A model generated the notes under the pieces. The model did not search any database. It was given only the letters and a program-made list of their open reading frames with translations, and had not been told where the DNA came from. A program made the translations under genes and the position numbers. From a virus, in the IMG/VR virus record IMGVR_UViG_3300029288_006769, positions 122,367-186,366 of that record: DNA of 64,000 nucleotides. One strand, given 5' to 3'. The stretch's first letter is position 1; every line of letters starts with the position of its first letter. Of the stretch, positions 37,759 through 48,098 are shown in pieces.

Positions 37759-39390
37759 TCATCTTTTCTTCAACACACTTGGTTTTGATAAAATTTCATT
37801 GAACAGAGCATCAATATCGTCTTCTCTATCACTAGCGTAATTTGCTCTTATCCCATCCTTTTTCTCGTCATCCCATCCAACCCACTGTACAAGATAATCG
37901 AGATCTTCTTGCATAGTTTTCTGCACAGAAATTTTTGATTGAAGAGCCTTAAGTATATGATCCTGTCGTAATGGAACATCTTTGTGAGTCGTATTTCTTT
38001 CATGCCACATTTCGACAAGTGAAGCTTTAACAACCTGATCGATTTCACGTCCTGTAAGCAACGGGCTATTCAAACCAAGATGTTGAACATCAATATTCAA
38101 TTTTTTAGGATCACGTCCAGTCTTCCTGAGATGAATATCAAAAATCGAAGCTCTATCAGATGCTGAGGGCAGCGGCACAAAGAACTTATCATCAAACCTT
38201 GAAATAAGTTCTGGTGGCAAATATTGAATACTGTTGCATGTTGCAACTATAAAAATTGGTGCAGTACAATCTTGGTACCATGTTAAAAATGAACCAATGA
38301 CTCTGGCTGTTGTTCCTGCATCACTGAATGTCGAACTTTGAGAACCAGCAAATTGTTTTTCAATTTCATCAATCAGAACTGCACATGGTGCTACACTCTC
38401 AATTATTTTGAGAGCTTTCATGAGCCGCATTTCGCTTTCACCAACTCTTGATGAAAATATTTTGCTTGGCGTAAAAGCAATCAAAGGTAGCCCCCAATAA
38501 TTACCAATTGCCTTTGCAAGCAATGATTTCCCGCAACCTGTAACGCCGAGCATTAAAACACCCTTTGCTGGTGGAATCTTTAACCGAACAGCTTCCTCTG
38601 ACCATACTCCTTTTCGTTTTTCAAACCAATGCTTGATTCTACCAAGACCACCGATCTCGTCAAATGTAACATTGGTTTCTAAGACATCCAACAGATCAGT
38701 CTTTCTCAAGATAGTCTTTTTGTAAGCATTGATTTCTTCAATGTCAAGTTTTTTCTTTTTCTTGAGAGAAGCCATTACGATCTGCTCTACTTCAAAAAGA
38801 GTCAAACCACGAAATCCCATCTTCACGGTTTCATCGATTTCAGTAGAAAGGCGCTGATTCCCGGGGGAAACTGAATTGAATTCTCCCAACAAGTATTGCA
38901 CTTTTTTAGTGATTGCTTCATCATCAGGAAGATCATAAAAAACAACTTCGAAATAACGTTGCAACTTTGTGGGAATTGAAAGCGTCGATGAAACAATAAT
39001 CAGAGACTTGAGATGAGTATAATCATGGTATATATTGAGCACCATGTCTTTGAGTTTGCGAATATTTTGAAAATTTGCAGGTTGCGTTTCATACAAATGA
39101 TGATCAATATCCAAAAGAATATAGATCAAACGCTTGTCTGTTGACTGATTTTGTTGAATTGCTGTCAGAGCTGCATGAATAGGCATTGTTTTAGAGTCAA
39201 TAATATCTTCTTTCTTGTCAGCTTCTTTTGCATATTCATTGTAGGGAACAATACCTGTCGTTGTTCTATAAACAAAAATTTGAGAATTGTTTTTTGTCTG
39301 TTCATAAATATCTTGAATCAGACAATCTTCTTCCTCAGTAACGACGTGTATTAGAGGGCGCAGAATATCTAGATTAGATTTTAAATCCAT
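37759..39390 (-). CDS. AAA+ family ATPase
   Basis: Walker A GVTGCGKSLLAKA, Walker B AVLIDEIEK. Confidence 0.8.
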   Translation of the reverse strand: MDLKSNLDILRPLIHVVTEEEDCLIQDIYEQTKNNSQIFVYRTTTGIVPYNEYAKEADKKEDIIDSKTMPIHAALTAIQQNQSTDKRLIYILLDIDHHLYETQPANFQNIRKLKDMVLNIYHDYTHLKSLIIVSSTLSIPTKLQRYFEVVFYDLPDDEAITKKVQYLLGEFNSVSPGNQRLSTEIDETVKMGFRGLTLFEVEQIVMASLKKKKKLDIEEINAYKKTILRKTDLLDVLETNVTFDEIGGLGRIKHWFEKRKGVWSEEAVRLKIPPAKGVLMLGVTGCGKSLLAKAIGNYWGLPLIAFTPSKIFSSRVGESEMRLMKALKIIESVAPCAVLIDEIEKQFAGSQSSTFSDAGTTARVIGSFLTWYQDCTAPIFIVATCNSIQYLPPELISRFDDKFFVPLPSASDRASIFDIHLRKTGRDPKKLNIDVQHLGLNSPLLTGREIDQVVKASLVEMWHERNTTHKDVPLRQDHILKALQSKISVQKTMQEDLDYLVQWVGWDDEKKDGIRANYASDREDDIDALFNEILSKPSVLKKR

Positions 39391-39417
39391 AATACAACCT
39401 GTCTATAAAGTCTTCAG

Positions 39418-39714
39418 TTATTGAACGACTATGACAATCTCGTCCTTGGTTTCTGTCACTTCATATGTTTCGCCGCGAATTGCTCTTTCATGCAGCTGAT
39501 AGTCTCTCTGATACTCAGCTTTGATATTTTCGATCAAAGAACGATCAACTGAATCCCCTGAAATTTCATTCTGAGAGATAAGCAACGGCATATAGTTTCT
39601 GCTGATCGAAAGACCATTCTTAGTCTTCTTGTAAGAAAGACCAAGTTTTTTGAGCGTGTCTTCCATGATCAACATATTTGTAACCTGAAATGAGCAAGCA
39701 ATTTTTCCTGACAT
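39418..39714 (-). CDS. hypothetical protein
   Basis: ORF. Confidence 0.25.
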   Translation of the reverse strand: MSGKIACSFQVTNMLIMEDTLKKLGLSYKKTKNGLSISRNYMPLLISQNEISGDSVDRSLIENIKAEYQRDYQLHERAIRGETYEVTETKDEIVIVVQ

Positions 39715-39922
39715 GTTTTTCTCCTTATTCTACAATGTGAACTTGATCGTGGACTGGGACATCATCGCCATGGTTGACTGGCACGGAGCTTATGATTTTG
39801 AGGTGCTGAGTGACGTCATGCACTGCTGCACAACTGGTTGAATCCAATGTTTCAACCGTAACTTCACCTGCATGTGCTCCCCTTCTGGGAATTGTAATTT
39901 TGTAAGCCATGAAATTTCCTCC

Positions 39923-40228
39923 TCATAAATGTGAACGTATTATCTTTTCTACAAGGTCTTTATTTCTAAATCCCTCTACTCTATCTATTTCAGCACAATT
40001 TCTGAAAAGAACAAATGTTGGGAGTTTAGTTACGTGATATATTTCTATCAAGTGCACTTCTTCAAGTATATTTATTTTAACAATATTACATCGTCCTTGA
40101 TAAGCTTTTTGCAAAATTTCTAAATACGGTTCTGCTTGAATGCAAGGCGCACATGATGTGTCCCAAAACTCTACAAGAGTTAATGATGCAATAATAGTTC
40201 TAAATTCTTGAAAACTAGAACTTTTCAT
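39923..40228 (-). CDS. thioredoxin-like protein
   Basis: WDTSCAPC CxxC active-site motif, about 100 aa. Confidence 0.6.
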   Translation of the reverse strand: MKSSSFQEFRTIIASLTLVEFWDTSCAPCIQAEPYLEILQKAYQGRCNIVKINILEEVHLIEIYHVTKLPTFVLFRNCAEIDRVEGFRNKDLVEKIIRSHL

Positions 40229-40536
40229 GAAAAATAAATTTGTAAAATTCTTTTGAGTTCGTCATCGCTTGCGTATTTAACGGAACACTTGATTTTTCCC
40301 ATATGACGCTTTTTTATTTCCTCGGGCGTGTAGACTTTAACGCTCATACCAGTAAATTCATTGGCTTTAGATGCGTCTTCTAATTGTACACGTTTTTTCA
40401 TGATCAAAGCCTTTTTCAAACTTGGATCATATACCATTGTATAGTTCTTGACTATCCTTACTTCGCCAAATTTTGAAAGTTCAGACTTCTCCACTTGAGC
40501 CTCCTTTGTTATAGATACTATTCTATATCTTAACAA
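40225..40536 (-). CDS. hypothetical protein
   Basis: ORF. Confidence 0.25.
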   Translation of the reverse strand: MLRYRIVSITKEAQVEKSELSKFGEVRIVKNYTMVYDPSLKKALIMKKRVQLEDASKANEFTGMSVKVYTPEEIKKRHMGKIKCSVKYASDDELKRILQIYFS

Positions 40537-40548
40537 GGGAACTATGCA

Positions 40549-41148
40549 TTAATAAATAAAATCATAATCTTTTGTGCCAGAACGCTGGCTCCAAATTAAA
40601 GCATCATACACAGCCACACTAACACCCTGGTTTATTGCCCGAGCCCGTACTTCATCCTCTATCGAAAAATAATCAAATTTCTTGCCCGTGACACAAAGAT
40701 GTTGCAAAATATGCGTATCCACAATAGCCAAATCCTCTATCCCTAAATTCCTTAGAAAATGACTAGCCGCTTTCAAACCTATGCCTTTAATTTCCCTTAC
40801 AACAAAAGTCCTTATTGCTCGTGTGTCACGCTCTGATTCAAGCATTGGGCTCAATTTTTTATAAAATTCATCGAATTTGTATTTTGCAGCTAAAAGATAA
40901 TCAACTTTGCGGTTCTTAAATCTTATTATAGAAATAATCTTGAGTAACTCTTCTCGGTATATTGGCCTTGCATAAAACCTCTCGTCCTTGAGCATATTTA
41001 TAACACTCAAAACTGTTTTAAATTTTGTCTGGGGAACTAGAACACAAAAACAAAGATTATAAAAAACATCTAATTTTGTTTTAGGTTTTTTAAAGCGTTG
41101 TACTATTTCTTTTGCTTGCGCAATTTGGTCTTTTGTAAAATAAATCAT
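40549..41148 (-). CDS. HhH-GPD base-excision glycosylase (8-oxoguanine DNA glycosylase/AGOG-like)
   Basis: GIGLKAASHFLRNLGIEDLAIVDTHI helix-hairpin-helix plus catalytic K/D context. Confidence 0.5.
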   Translation of the reverse strand: MIYFTKDQIAQAKEIVQRFKKPKTKLDVFYNLCFCVLVPQTKFKTVLSVINMLKDERFYARPIYREELLKIISIIRFKNRKVDYLLAAKYKFDEFYKKLSPMLESERDTRAIRTFVVREIKGIGLKAASHFLRNLGIEDLAIVDTHILQHLCVTGKKFDYFSIEDEVRARAINQGVSVAVYDALIWSQRSGTKDYDFIY

Positions 41149-41398
41149 AATACTCCCTTGCTATTTTTTATATAATAAAACTACATGGAGGGAGTAACAT
41201 GATGGAAGAAAAAACAATTTTCAGCATTACGTTGAATAATAAAAACGAAATTCGTTCAAATATGGATCTTTCGAGTATCTTGGGAGAAGAAGATGCTCTA
41301 CGATTTATTCATTCCTTGCTTGATGAATTTAAACAAGATGTGCTGAGGAAAATCAGAGAAATTAAAGCACCTGTAAAAGAAGATGATGAATTTGATTT

Positions 41399-41860
41399 TT
41401 AAAGATAAAACCCGGACATTCTTTCGTTTTTAGCAATATCTTCTAAAACAAAAAAATCATTCACTTCAGAAAGTTTTTCACAATATAGTCTACAAAATTC
41501 AAAAATTTGACGCGTACTTGTTTTAACATAAACTTTTATCGACCTACAAAAATTTTGAATATCTTTATTTTTTTGAAATTCAAAAGCTAATCTTGTTAGC
41601 CTGTGGTTTCCATCTGAAAAAACAAACTCATCATTTTTAAAATGGCCACACATCGGTAAATTCGTAATTCTTTCATAATCTACATCTCCAACAATCATAT
41701 TATCATTATTAAAATCTTGCTCTCTAAAAGTTCTCAAATTCCAACTTGAATTGAAATTAATCGCATTAATAATTGGAATGTCACTTAAACAATAAAAACC
41801 AGGTTCGACTTGTCTTGCCTTGCATAATACATAAACCTGATTACTTGAATAGATTAACAT
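41399..41860 (-). CDS. hypothetical protein
   Basis: ORF. Confidence 0.25.
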   Translation of the reverse strand: MLIYSSNQVYVLCKARQVEPGFYCLSDIPIINAINFNSSWNLRTFREQDFNNDNMIVGDVDYERITNLPMCGHFKNDEFVFSDGNHRLTRLAFEFQKNKDIQNFCRSIKVYVKTSTRQIFEFCRLYCEKLSEVNDFFVLEDIAKNERMSGFYL

Positions 41861-41879
41861 ATTTAAAGCATCTTGATAG

Positions 41880-42722
41880 TCAATTTTTTGTCTTTTTTTT
41901 GCATCTTGTTATATAAAAATCTAACATATAAGTTTTTATCCATTTGTTGACTTTTTGAGTTTTTATTTTTAAAAGCTTTGAAACCTCACTTACCCAACCA
42001 TTTTTTGAAAAATCTATAGAACTATTCTCAATTATCTTTATTTTCTCAAATTGCTTAAGTAATTGTAATAAAGATCTTATCTTAGATTTCTGCTGTAATT
42101 TAAGTTTTTTAGAATTATCTCTAGCTATTCTTAAAGTTTTGTTTTTAAGCATATGATTTTCAAGAGATTTCTGAACATACTCATATTTATCCAAACTACT
42201 TAACAAATCTAAGAATGAATTGATTTTTTCTTGATTTATTTCGTTATAAGCAATTCTTACGACTTTCCAACCTTTCAATAACAAATGCTTATCTTTCTCT
42301 AAGTCATGTTCAAATCTAGTATTCCCATGCGAAAAATGTGCTGGTCCATCAAGTTCAATAGCAAGTTTTATATTGACAAATGCAAAATCAATAAAATATG
42401 GAAATTCAGCATATTCACTTACAATGTCATATTTTTCGTTTAAGTTAAATTTCAAAATAACTTTGTCTATAAACCATTGCTCTAAAGAACTTGGGATCTG
42501 TTTACTTCTTTTTTCCCAAGCTGTTTTACCTGTCCGCTTTTTAAGATATTCAAATCTTGCTTTTCTAATCTTATTTTTTGTTACAGTTGTGTGTTTAAAA
42601 ATTTCTGGATGTTTCAAGTGCAACAACTTAAAGGCTTCAGATAGAGATCTACATTTATCTCTTAGAGCTATTGTTACTAGATCTTTGGGATAACCTATTT
42701 TTATAATTTCACCAGAAGACAT
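41880..42722 (-). CDS. DUF559/Vsr-like endonuclease-domain protein (homing-endonuclease-like)
   Basis: YFIDFAFVNIKLAIELDG...KGWKVVRI C-terminal restriction-endonuclease-like fold signature. Confidence 0.5.
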   Translation of the reverse strand: MSSGEIIKIGYPKDLVTIALRDKCRSLSEAFKLLHLKHPEIFKHTTVTKNKIRKARFEYLKKRTGKTAWEKRSKQIPSSLEQWFIDKVILKFNLNEKYDIVSEYAEFPYFIDFAFVNIKLAIELDGPAHFSHGNTRFEHDLEKDKHLLLKGWKVVRIAYNEINQEKINSFLDLLSSLDKYEYVQKSLENHMLKNKTLRIARDNSKKLKLQQKSKIRSLLQLLKQFEKIKIIENSSIDFSKNGWVSEVSKLLKIKTQKVNKWIKTYMLDFYITRCKKKTKN

Positions 42723-43075
42723 ACCAGAAGAATATAAATTTCTAACTTCGTCAACTTAAAAAATCTTTTACATTTGACGCACTGATATTTTTCAATACCA
42801 AAAGTATTTGATGTTATTTTTTTTCTAGTACCTATTAAATAAGATTTCTTTAAATTTTTACTTGCATTATGTTTTCTTTTTATATCTTTAATATAAAACA
42901 CAATATTTTTCTTAGAATATCCTTTTTTTATGATTTCTGTCAACAGCAAACCAGACAAATACAAGCTTTTAATTTCTTGTATTTTATTTTTTGACAAAAC
43001 GCAAAATTTTTTGTGTTGTTTAAAACCAGTTAAATTCTTTAGGATTTTACCACATTTATTGCATACAAAACTCAT
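42701..43075 (-). CDS. zinc-finger protein (possibly the N-terminal part of the adjacent endonuclease)
   Basis: CNKCGKILKNLTGFKQHKKFC C2H2-like. Confidence 0.3.
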   Translation of the reverse strand: MSFVCNKCGKILKNLTGFKQHKKFCVLSKNKIQEIKSLYLSGLLLTEIIKKGYSKKNIVFYIKDIKRKHNASKNLKKSYLIGTRKKITSNTFGIEKYQCVKCKRFFKLTKLEIYILLVCLLVKL

Positions 43076-43094
43076 ATTTTTACTCGTTAAAAAA

Positions 43095-43166
43095 CTGGGG
43101 TAGAAGGATTTGCACCTCCGACACCCGGCTCCAAGGGCCAGCGTTCTTCTACTGAACTATACCCCA
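43095..43166 (-). tRNA. tRNA-Gln (anticodon read as UUG; loop CCUUGGA)
   Basis: cloverleaf read by eye: U1:A72 acceptor TGGGGTA/TACCCCA, T-loop, anticodon stem CTGGC/GCCGG. Confidence 0.6.
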
Positions 43167-43180
43167 ATAAATTTCAAACT

Positions 43181-43254
43181 AGCCACAAAGAGACTTGAAC
43201 TCTTAACCTACAGTTTAGGAAACTGTGACTCTATCCAATTGAGCTATGTGGCTA
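43181..43254 (-). tRNA. tRNA-Arg(CCU)
   Basis: acceptor AGCCACA/TGTGGCT, anticodon arm ACAGT-TTCCTAA-ACTGT. Confidence 0.7.
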
Positions 43255-43258
43255 AAAA

Positions 43259-43335
43259 TGGTCGGAACGAGCAGAGTTGAACTGCTGACCCCCTGCACCC
43301 CATGCAGGTGCGCTACCAGGCTGCGCCACGTTCCG
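43259..43335 (-). tRNA. tRNA-Pro(GGG)
   Basis: CGGAACG...GGCGCAGCCTGGTAGCGC D-arm, loop AUGGGGU, encoded CCA. Confidence 0.7.
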
Positions 43336-43353
43336 TTGTTCAAAGAACTTAAA

Positions 43354-43428
43354 TCGGAGTGAGTGGATTTGAACCACCGGCCTTGTGATCCCGGATCACA
43401 CGTTCTAACCAGGCTGAACTACACTCCG
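43354..43428 (-). tRNA. tRNA-Pro(CGG)
   Basis: acceptor CGGAGTG/CACTCCG, anticodon arm TGTGA-TCCGGGA-TCACA. Confidence 0.65.
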
Positions 43429-43432
43429 TATT

Positions 43433-43507
43433 CTGGGGTGAGAAGACTTGAACTTCTAACTTCTGGTTTCAGAGACCAGCGTTCTAAACCAATTGAACTA
43501 CACCCCA
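43433..43507 (-). tRNA. tRNA-Gln(CUG)
   Basis: acceptor TGGGGTG/CACCCCA, anticodon arm CTGGT-CTCTGAA-ACCAG. Confidence 0.7.
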
Positions 43508-43513
43508 ATAAAA

Positions 43514-43591
43514 TGGTCGGGATGAGAGGATTTGAACCTCCGACACCTGCGTCCCAGGCGCAGTGCTCTAACCAGACTGAGCTACATCCCG
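43514..43591 (-). tRNA. tRNA-Pro(UGG)
   Basis: acceptor CGGGATG/CATCCCG, arm CTGCG-CCTGGGA-CGCAG, encoded CCA. Confidence 0.7.
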
Positions 43592-43609
43592 TAATTCAAA
43601 GAACTCTAA

Positions 43610-43645
43610 ACAAAACGGCCCCTCTTTTTTGGAGAGGAGCCGTTT
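43610..43645. terminator. GC-rich hairpin flanked by T/A runs (bidirectional terminator-like)
   Basis: AAACGGCCCCTCT-TTTTTGG-AGAGGAGCCGTTT perfect 13-bp stem. Confidence 0.55.
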
Positions 43646-43788
43646 GAAATTTCGTTTTTGTCTTTCAGTTATTTCAACAGCAGCCCTCTCCAGGTTATGT
43701 TCCTGGGTTGTTGTGGTTGCGGCTGTTGAAAAAATATTTTCATAGTTTAAATATAACATAAATTATTGCAAGTGTAAATATTTTTATG

Positions 43789-44268
43789 TCATAATACAAA
43801 AAATTCTGCATAATTGTTTTCATAAAGTCTCATATTGTCTAGAATATTTGGCTCTACTTCTAACATATTGTCTTTTCTAAGAGGATATAAAAAACAATTA
43901 TCCTCTGGGCTCGGATCCATTACGAGAATTTTGTTGTTGTTCTTTTTTATTCGTACTGCATGATTAAACCAAGGCAAAGGACTTCCATTACTTTTATGAA
44001 AAATGATGACAATAACGTCTTGATTGGGATACTTTGAGAATATTTCAAAAGTTTTGATACCTGAATCTTTGTAAATATAGAACCCGTTAAATGTTTCATT
44101 TAGAAAATCATAAGTATTAAGGAGATTAGTTGTGCCAGTTTGTTCAGCAAGCTGAATATTAATATGATATTGATATTCTAAATTTTTTATATAATAAGTG
44201 TTATATGAAATTCTTATATTTATTTTGTTTGTTTTGTTTGTGTTCAAGTTCAGCACCATGGTTGTCAT
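43789..44268 (-). CDS. hypothetical protein
   Basis: ORF. Confidence 0.3.
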   Translation of the reverse strand: MTTMVLNLNTNKTNKINIRISYNTYYIKNLEYQYHINIQLAEQTGTTNLLNTYDFLNETFNGFYIYKDSGIKTFEIFSKYPNQDVIVIIFHKSNGSPLPWFNHAVRIKKNNNKILVMDPSPEDNCFLYPLRKDNMLEVEPNILDNMRLYENNYAEFFVL

Positions 44269-44409
44269 ATAGCGTCATATATGTAGGTTCTGAAAAAGAA
44301 TGTGACATGCTTTTGAAGGAATTAGAAAAGAAAAATCAAGAATGTAGAGTGATTTGTCATGATAGTGGTGCTGTTTACGAAATCAATTATAGACCAATCA
44401 AATAGTTTT

Positions 44410-45279
44410 TTAGACTCCTTTAGCAAGATAATCCCAAACTTTTTGTTCGTTTATAGCAACCAGAACATAATCACCATTTTCATCAAGTCTCGATCCCCAT
44501 TCACCTTTTTCACTGTAAGGTTTTGCTCTGACCCATGTCCCAATTTCTGGATGCAAATGACATACCGCAGCAGTAGGATCATGAAATTTTTTCCCATCAC
44601 TACCAAGTTTAAATCTCCACGTCATACCTTCGCGGAATAATTCAGCAGCTCGATCTTTTGGGGGAACACTTGTTATGTATTTATGAGTATCAAGATTATA
44701 CATCATATAATGACAAACATTTTTACCAACAAAATGTCTTTCTTTGATATCCATTTTTAAGAAGTTAAAAGCACCCTTTTTGTCACCATTTAAATTGAAA
44801 GTTGGGACTGTTTGTTTTCCTTTGAATTTATCAAGCATTTTCACAGTAATACCATGTGTCATATAACCAATAAAACCACCTTGCATAGTTGCACAATTTA
44901 ATTGTACGGGCAAATTATAATGGCCTAAATTTTGAAGAGGTCCACATCCGAAAAAATCAACATCATCATCAACAAGAACACGTCTGATAACTTCATTTGC
45001 AAGAATTGCGTTTGAAGAATAATATGGAAATTTATATTGATCAAGCATTGCTTTATGAATGTTTGTTGGATGTTCTTTTCTTCTTCCAAGTAAGGGGACA
45101 CCTATGAGAACATCTTTCTTTCCCAGAATTTGAAGTAAAAAATCCACAATAGCGATTTGCATCTCATCACCCGGGCTAATAAGAATACCTTTAATATTCA
45201 CCCCAGCTGAAAATAAATAACATAAAGCAAAAAAATCATCTGGGTCATGACCTATATCTGTTTCGACTAATAGATTCAT
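44410..45279 (-). CDS. inosine-uridine-preferring nucleoside hydrolase family protein
   Basis: N-terminal ETDIGHDPDDFFAL matches the IUNH DTDPGIDDAxAL Asp cluster. Confidence 0.5.
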   Translation of the reverse strand: MNLLVETDIGHDPDDFFALCYLFSAGVNIKGILISPGDEMQIAIVDFLLQILGKKDVLIGVPLLGRRKEHPTNIHKAMLDQYKFPYYSSNAILANEVIRRVLVDDDVDFFGCGPLQNLGHYNLPVQLNCATMQGGFIGYMTHGITVKMLDKFKGKQTVPTFNLNGDKKGAFNFLKMDIKERHFVGKNVCHYMMYNLDTHKYITSVPPKDRAAELFREGMTWRFKLGSDGKKFHDPTAAVCHLHPEIGTWVRAKPYSEKGEWGSRLDENGDYVLVAINEQKVWDYLAKGV

Positions 45280-45625
45280 ATTTACTCGACTTTATACGTA
45301 ATTTTCAACACAATGTTTATGTTAATTACTTGCAAAAGTTACAGATACTTCATTGTCGTTTTCAGTGAGACTAAACGCGAACATTTATTACTTCCTGTTA
45401 TATTGCCAGGGTTTTAAACACCATTTACTCATTGTTTGTTTTGTTTCAAGCCATCTATAATCAGAAATGTCCCAAGATTCATAAAACTTTTTATAAGTTT
45501 TACCATTGGGTACATCTTCAGCTTTCCTTATCGTATGGTTAGCATATCTTTTTTCTTTACTTCGGCCTCTTGATCGATCTGTTACCCACGAAGTACAATA
45601 TGATCGGGACAAAATAAACTCCTTT

Positions 45626-46295
45626 TTAAAGTATTACATTTTTTCTCTCCTTTTTTGTTTTAGAAATTTTCTCCCTTACTTCTTTTCTCTTGGAAACATT
45701 GTTTTCACCACTTATTAAAATTTTTCTTTGTGGATTATTTTTCCAAAAATTTAAGACTGCTTTTGAAATATTTTGTTTTTGTTCTATTGTTCTTTTTCTT
45801 CCTCTTAAAATAAATTTAGGTTTGCCTTTTTGTTTTTTAGACGCATGCGACATTTTTTGTCTAGTAATTTCTGTCGGTTTTCTACCAGACATTGCAAGAC
45901 TCACTTTTTTCTTGCGCTGTTCTGTCCAAGGAGATTTTATAAAACAATCTTTTTTCCCATTCGCAGTATCTTCTTTATACTTACTTCTAATTTCTTCTCT
46001 TCGCGGATTATTTGAAAAACAATCGCCCCCATCACCACCTTTTGTTATATCCAACAGGTGCTCTTGAATTAAGAAACTCTATCCAATATTTTTCTCTTTC
46101 ATTTAGCTGATCTACTTGACATTCTTCTATAATATCTTTTCGAAAATTTTCTTGGCCATATTTTATTATTGCTTTTCGTATAAGTATACCTGATCCATAA
46201 TATTGAATATTATACTTTAATTCTTTCCCGATATAAATTTTGCCATTCAAAAGATTTGTAATTTTATAAATTACGCTTAAACTTGCCATAATCAT
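45626..46295 (-). pseudogene. GIY-YIG homing endonuclease split by a frameshift (catalytic part 46032-46295, NUMOD3-like part 45626-46054)
   Basis: VIYKITNLLNGKIYIGK...YYGSG...GYN ends at a stop; the overlapping frame continues ...KGGDGGD plus NUMOD3 repeats; the intact paralog at 17613-18392 reads GYNLTEGGEGGD across this point. Confidence 0.6.
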
Positions 46296-47311
46296 CTTTT
46301 TCTAAGTGTTCGTTCATAATCTTCAAAACGTATTTTTGCGATTTTTGAACGCTGTTCTGTTCGAACTACAACTCCTTCAGGTTTTCCCAATGCATCATTT
46401 TCAAGCAAAGCGTTTGACATGCCCGGGAGCAGATTTTTCAACCAATCATAAGTCCCTTGAATGGTTTGTGGTGGACATGCTCCAATAATAGAAGGCACTA
46501 TTAGACATCTTATATCTGCTGCTACACTTGCAATTGTTCTGACTCCAACAAAATTTTGTCCCCCATTATCTCTCCAAGCAGCTATTTTTTCTATGGGCAA
46601 ATCAAGTAAATCTTCAAACTCTTTTGCTTCCATCATTATGACATCAAACAACCTGAAACCAAGTTTCCCTGTTTTTGTATAATTTTTTGCCGTTCCTGCT
46701 TTACCCCCATAAACTTCCCCAAATAATACAAAAACAGATTGTTCAAGTTGGTCCCAGTAAATTCTTCTTGCATTGTCAGCCACAGTTTGAATTGTATCAA
46801 CAATATCTAATGTAGGATTATGAATCCAATCTCCAAAACCATAAAGAAGTTCTTCACGAGAACCAATTAGATATGTCCCTTTAGGAAACAAAATAATACG
46901 AGCATTTGTACCATCAATTTTCTCAGAAAGAAAAATTTCGTCATCTGCTGAAAAAGATACAAGAACTTCTTCTTTCAAAGAACCTCTATCCCCAAGAGCA
47001 TGATATGTAAGAATACTTGGGTATTTTGTAGCCGAATTGATTTTTTTCAAATCAAAAGCTCGCATATTCACACAATATTTACCATAATCAGGATTATGTT
47101 TCTTCATAATGTCGTATGTTGCCGGTCTTACTTTCCAGCCTACATTGTCGCAATTACCACAAGCTATACTCATGCTCATAGCAGCTACATCACCTGGCAT
47201 AATTTCTTCGCTATTACAATTAGAACAAGTCATTACTACAAATGCTGACGGTGGACAAATCTTACCCTCATGCTTTATACCACAAAAAATACAATGCTTA
47301 GCTTCACTCAT
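46292..47311 (-). CDS. ATP-dependent RNA ligase (Rnl2-like nucleotidyltransferase) with N-terminal zinc ribbon
   Basis: motif I KIDGTN, motif III FGEVYG, motif V EGVVVR; N-terminal CxxC...CxxC. Confidence 0.55.
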   Translation of the reverse strand: MSEAKHCIFCGIKHEGKICPPSAFVVMTCSNCNSEEIMPGDVAAMSMSIACGNCDNVGWKVRPATYDIMKKHNPDYGKYCVNMRAFDLKKINSATKYPSILTYHALGDRGSLKEEVLVSFSADDEIFLSEKIDGTNARIILFPKGTYLIGSREELLYGFGDWIHNPTLDIVDTIQTVADNARRIYWDQLEQSVFVLFGEVYGGKAGTAKNYTKTGKLGFRLFDVIMMEAKEFEDLLDLPIEKIAAWRDNGGQNFVGVRTIASVAADIRCLIVPSIIGACPPQTIQGTYDWLKNLLPGMSNALLENDALGKPEGVVVRTEQRSKIAKIRFEDYERTLRKR

Positions 47312-48077
47312 TCTCTTTATCCCCTGCAGCCATAGCCTTTATGACTTCATTCAACACCGGTGCTTGACATTCTCCTGGTTTTGTAGCAGTAAGCTCTACT
47401 CCTGCATTTTCTGCAAAAAACATATCACCCTGATTGAAACGTAGAGCATCAGCTTGCTTGCACTTCTCTATCCATTCTTTAAAACCATTTTCATAATCAT
47501 CGGTTAGACTGGAAAGCCATTTGAAAAATTCTTCCAAAGTCGAAGGAAGTACGCCCACCCAATCAGAACCATAGTCATAAGGGCCCTGTGTTTGCTCATC
47601 CCAATAATCTATATGTTCTGATTCTCCATTTTCAAGATAACGATCTATATAATGTTTTCCTGTATGATCACTACCAGAAAACCAAACTTCGTCATCTTTG
47701 GGCTCGCGTCCAAGTGATTTAAGAACTTCAGTCACTTTATCTTTATAGCCTGCACAACCTATGCCAGCAAAACGATGATAAACAGGTTTTTCAGGTTCTT
47801 TTTTATAATCAGTACAACTTGCATAAATAAAAATGCCGTTTTGAGGACCTCTGATTGATACAATATCAAATCCTGCAAGTTGTACATCTCCTGAATTTAT
47901 TGCTGCAATTGTTGGCTTTGTAAAATCATGTTCTTCATGCCACATTTCTTCGCTCGAAACATAAGCCCAATTTTTATAAATTGAAATTGAAGATTTTAAT
48001 TTGTAATGATTGAACGTGCCATTACAAGCTTGAGCGTCAGAATTAAAAGCTAAACAATCCCAATTTGAGAGTGCCAT
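47304..48077 (-). CDS. hypothetical protein
   Basis: ORF. Confidence 0.3.
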   Translation of the reverse strand: MALSNWDCLAFNSDAQACNGTFNHYKLKSSISIYKNWAYVSSEEMWHEEHDFTKPTIAAINSGDVQLAGFDIVSIRGPQNGIFIYASCTDYKKEPEKPVYHRFAGIGCAGYKDKVTEVLKSLGREPKDDEVWFSGSDHTGKHYIDRYLENGESEHIDYWDEQTQGPYDYGSDWVGVLPSTLEEFFKWLSSLTDDYENGFKEWIEKCKQADALRFNQGDMFFAENAGVELTATKPGECQAPVLNEVIKAMAAGDKENE

Positions 48078-48098
48078 TAGAACATACTCCTTAAGCCA

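Noticed and set aside
43363-43647. Plus-strand ORF of 94 aa in the six-frame track
   Set aside because: It lies entirely across four minus-strand tRNA genes, so it is a spurious frame.
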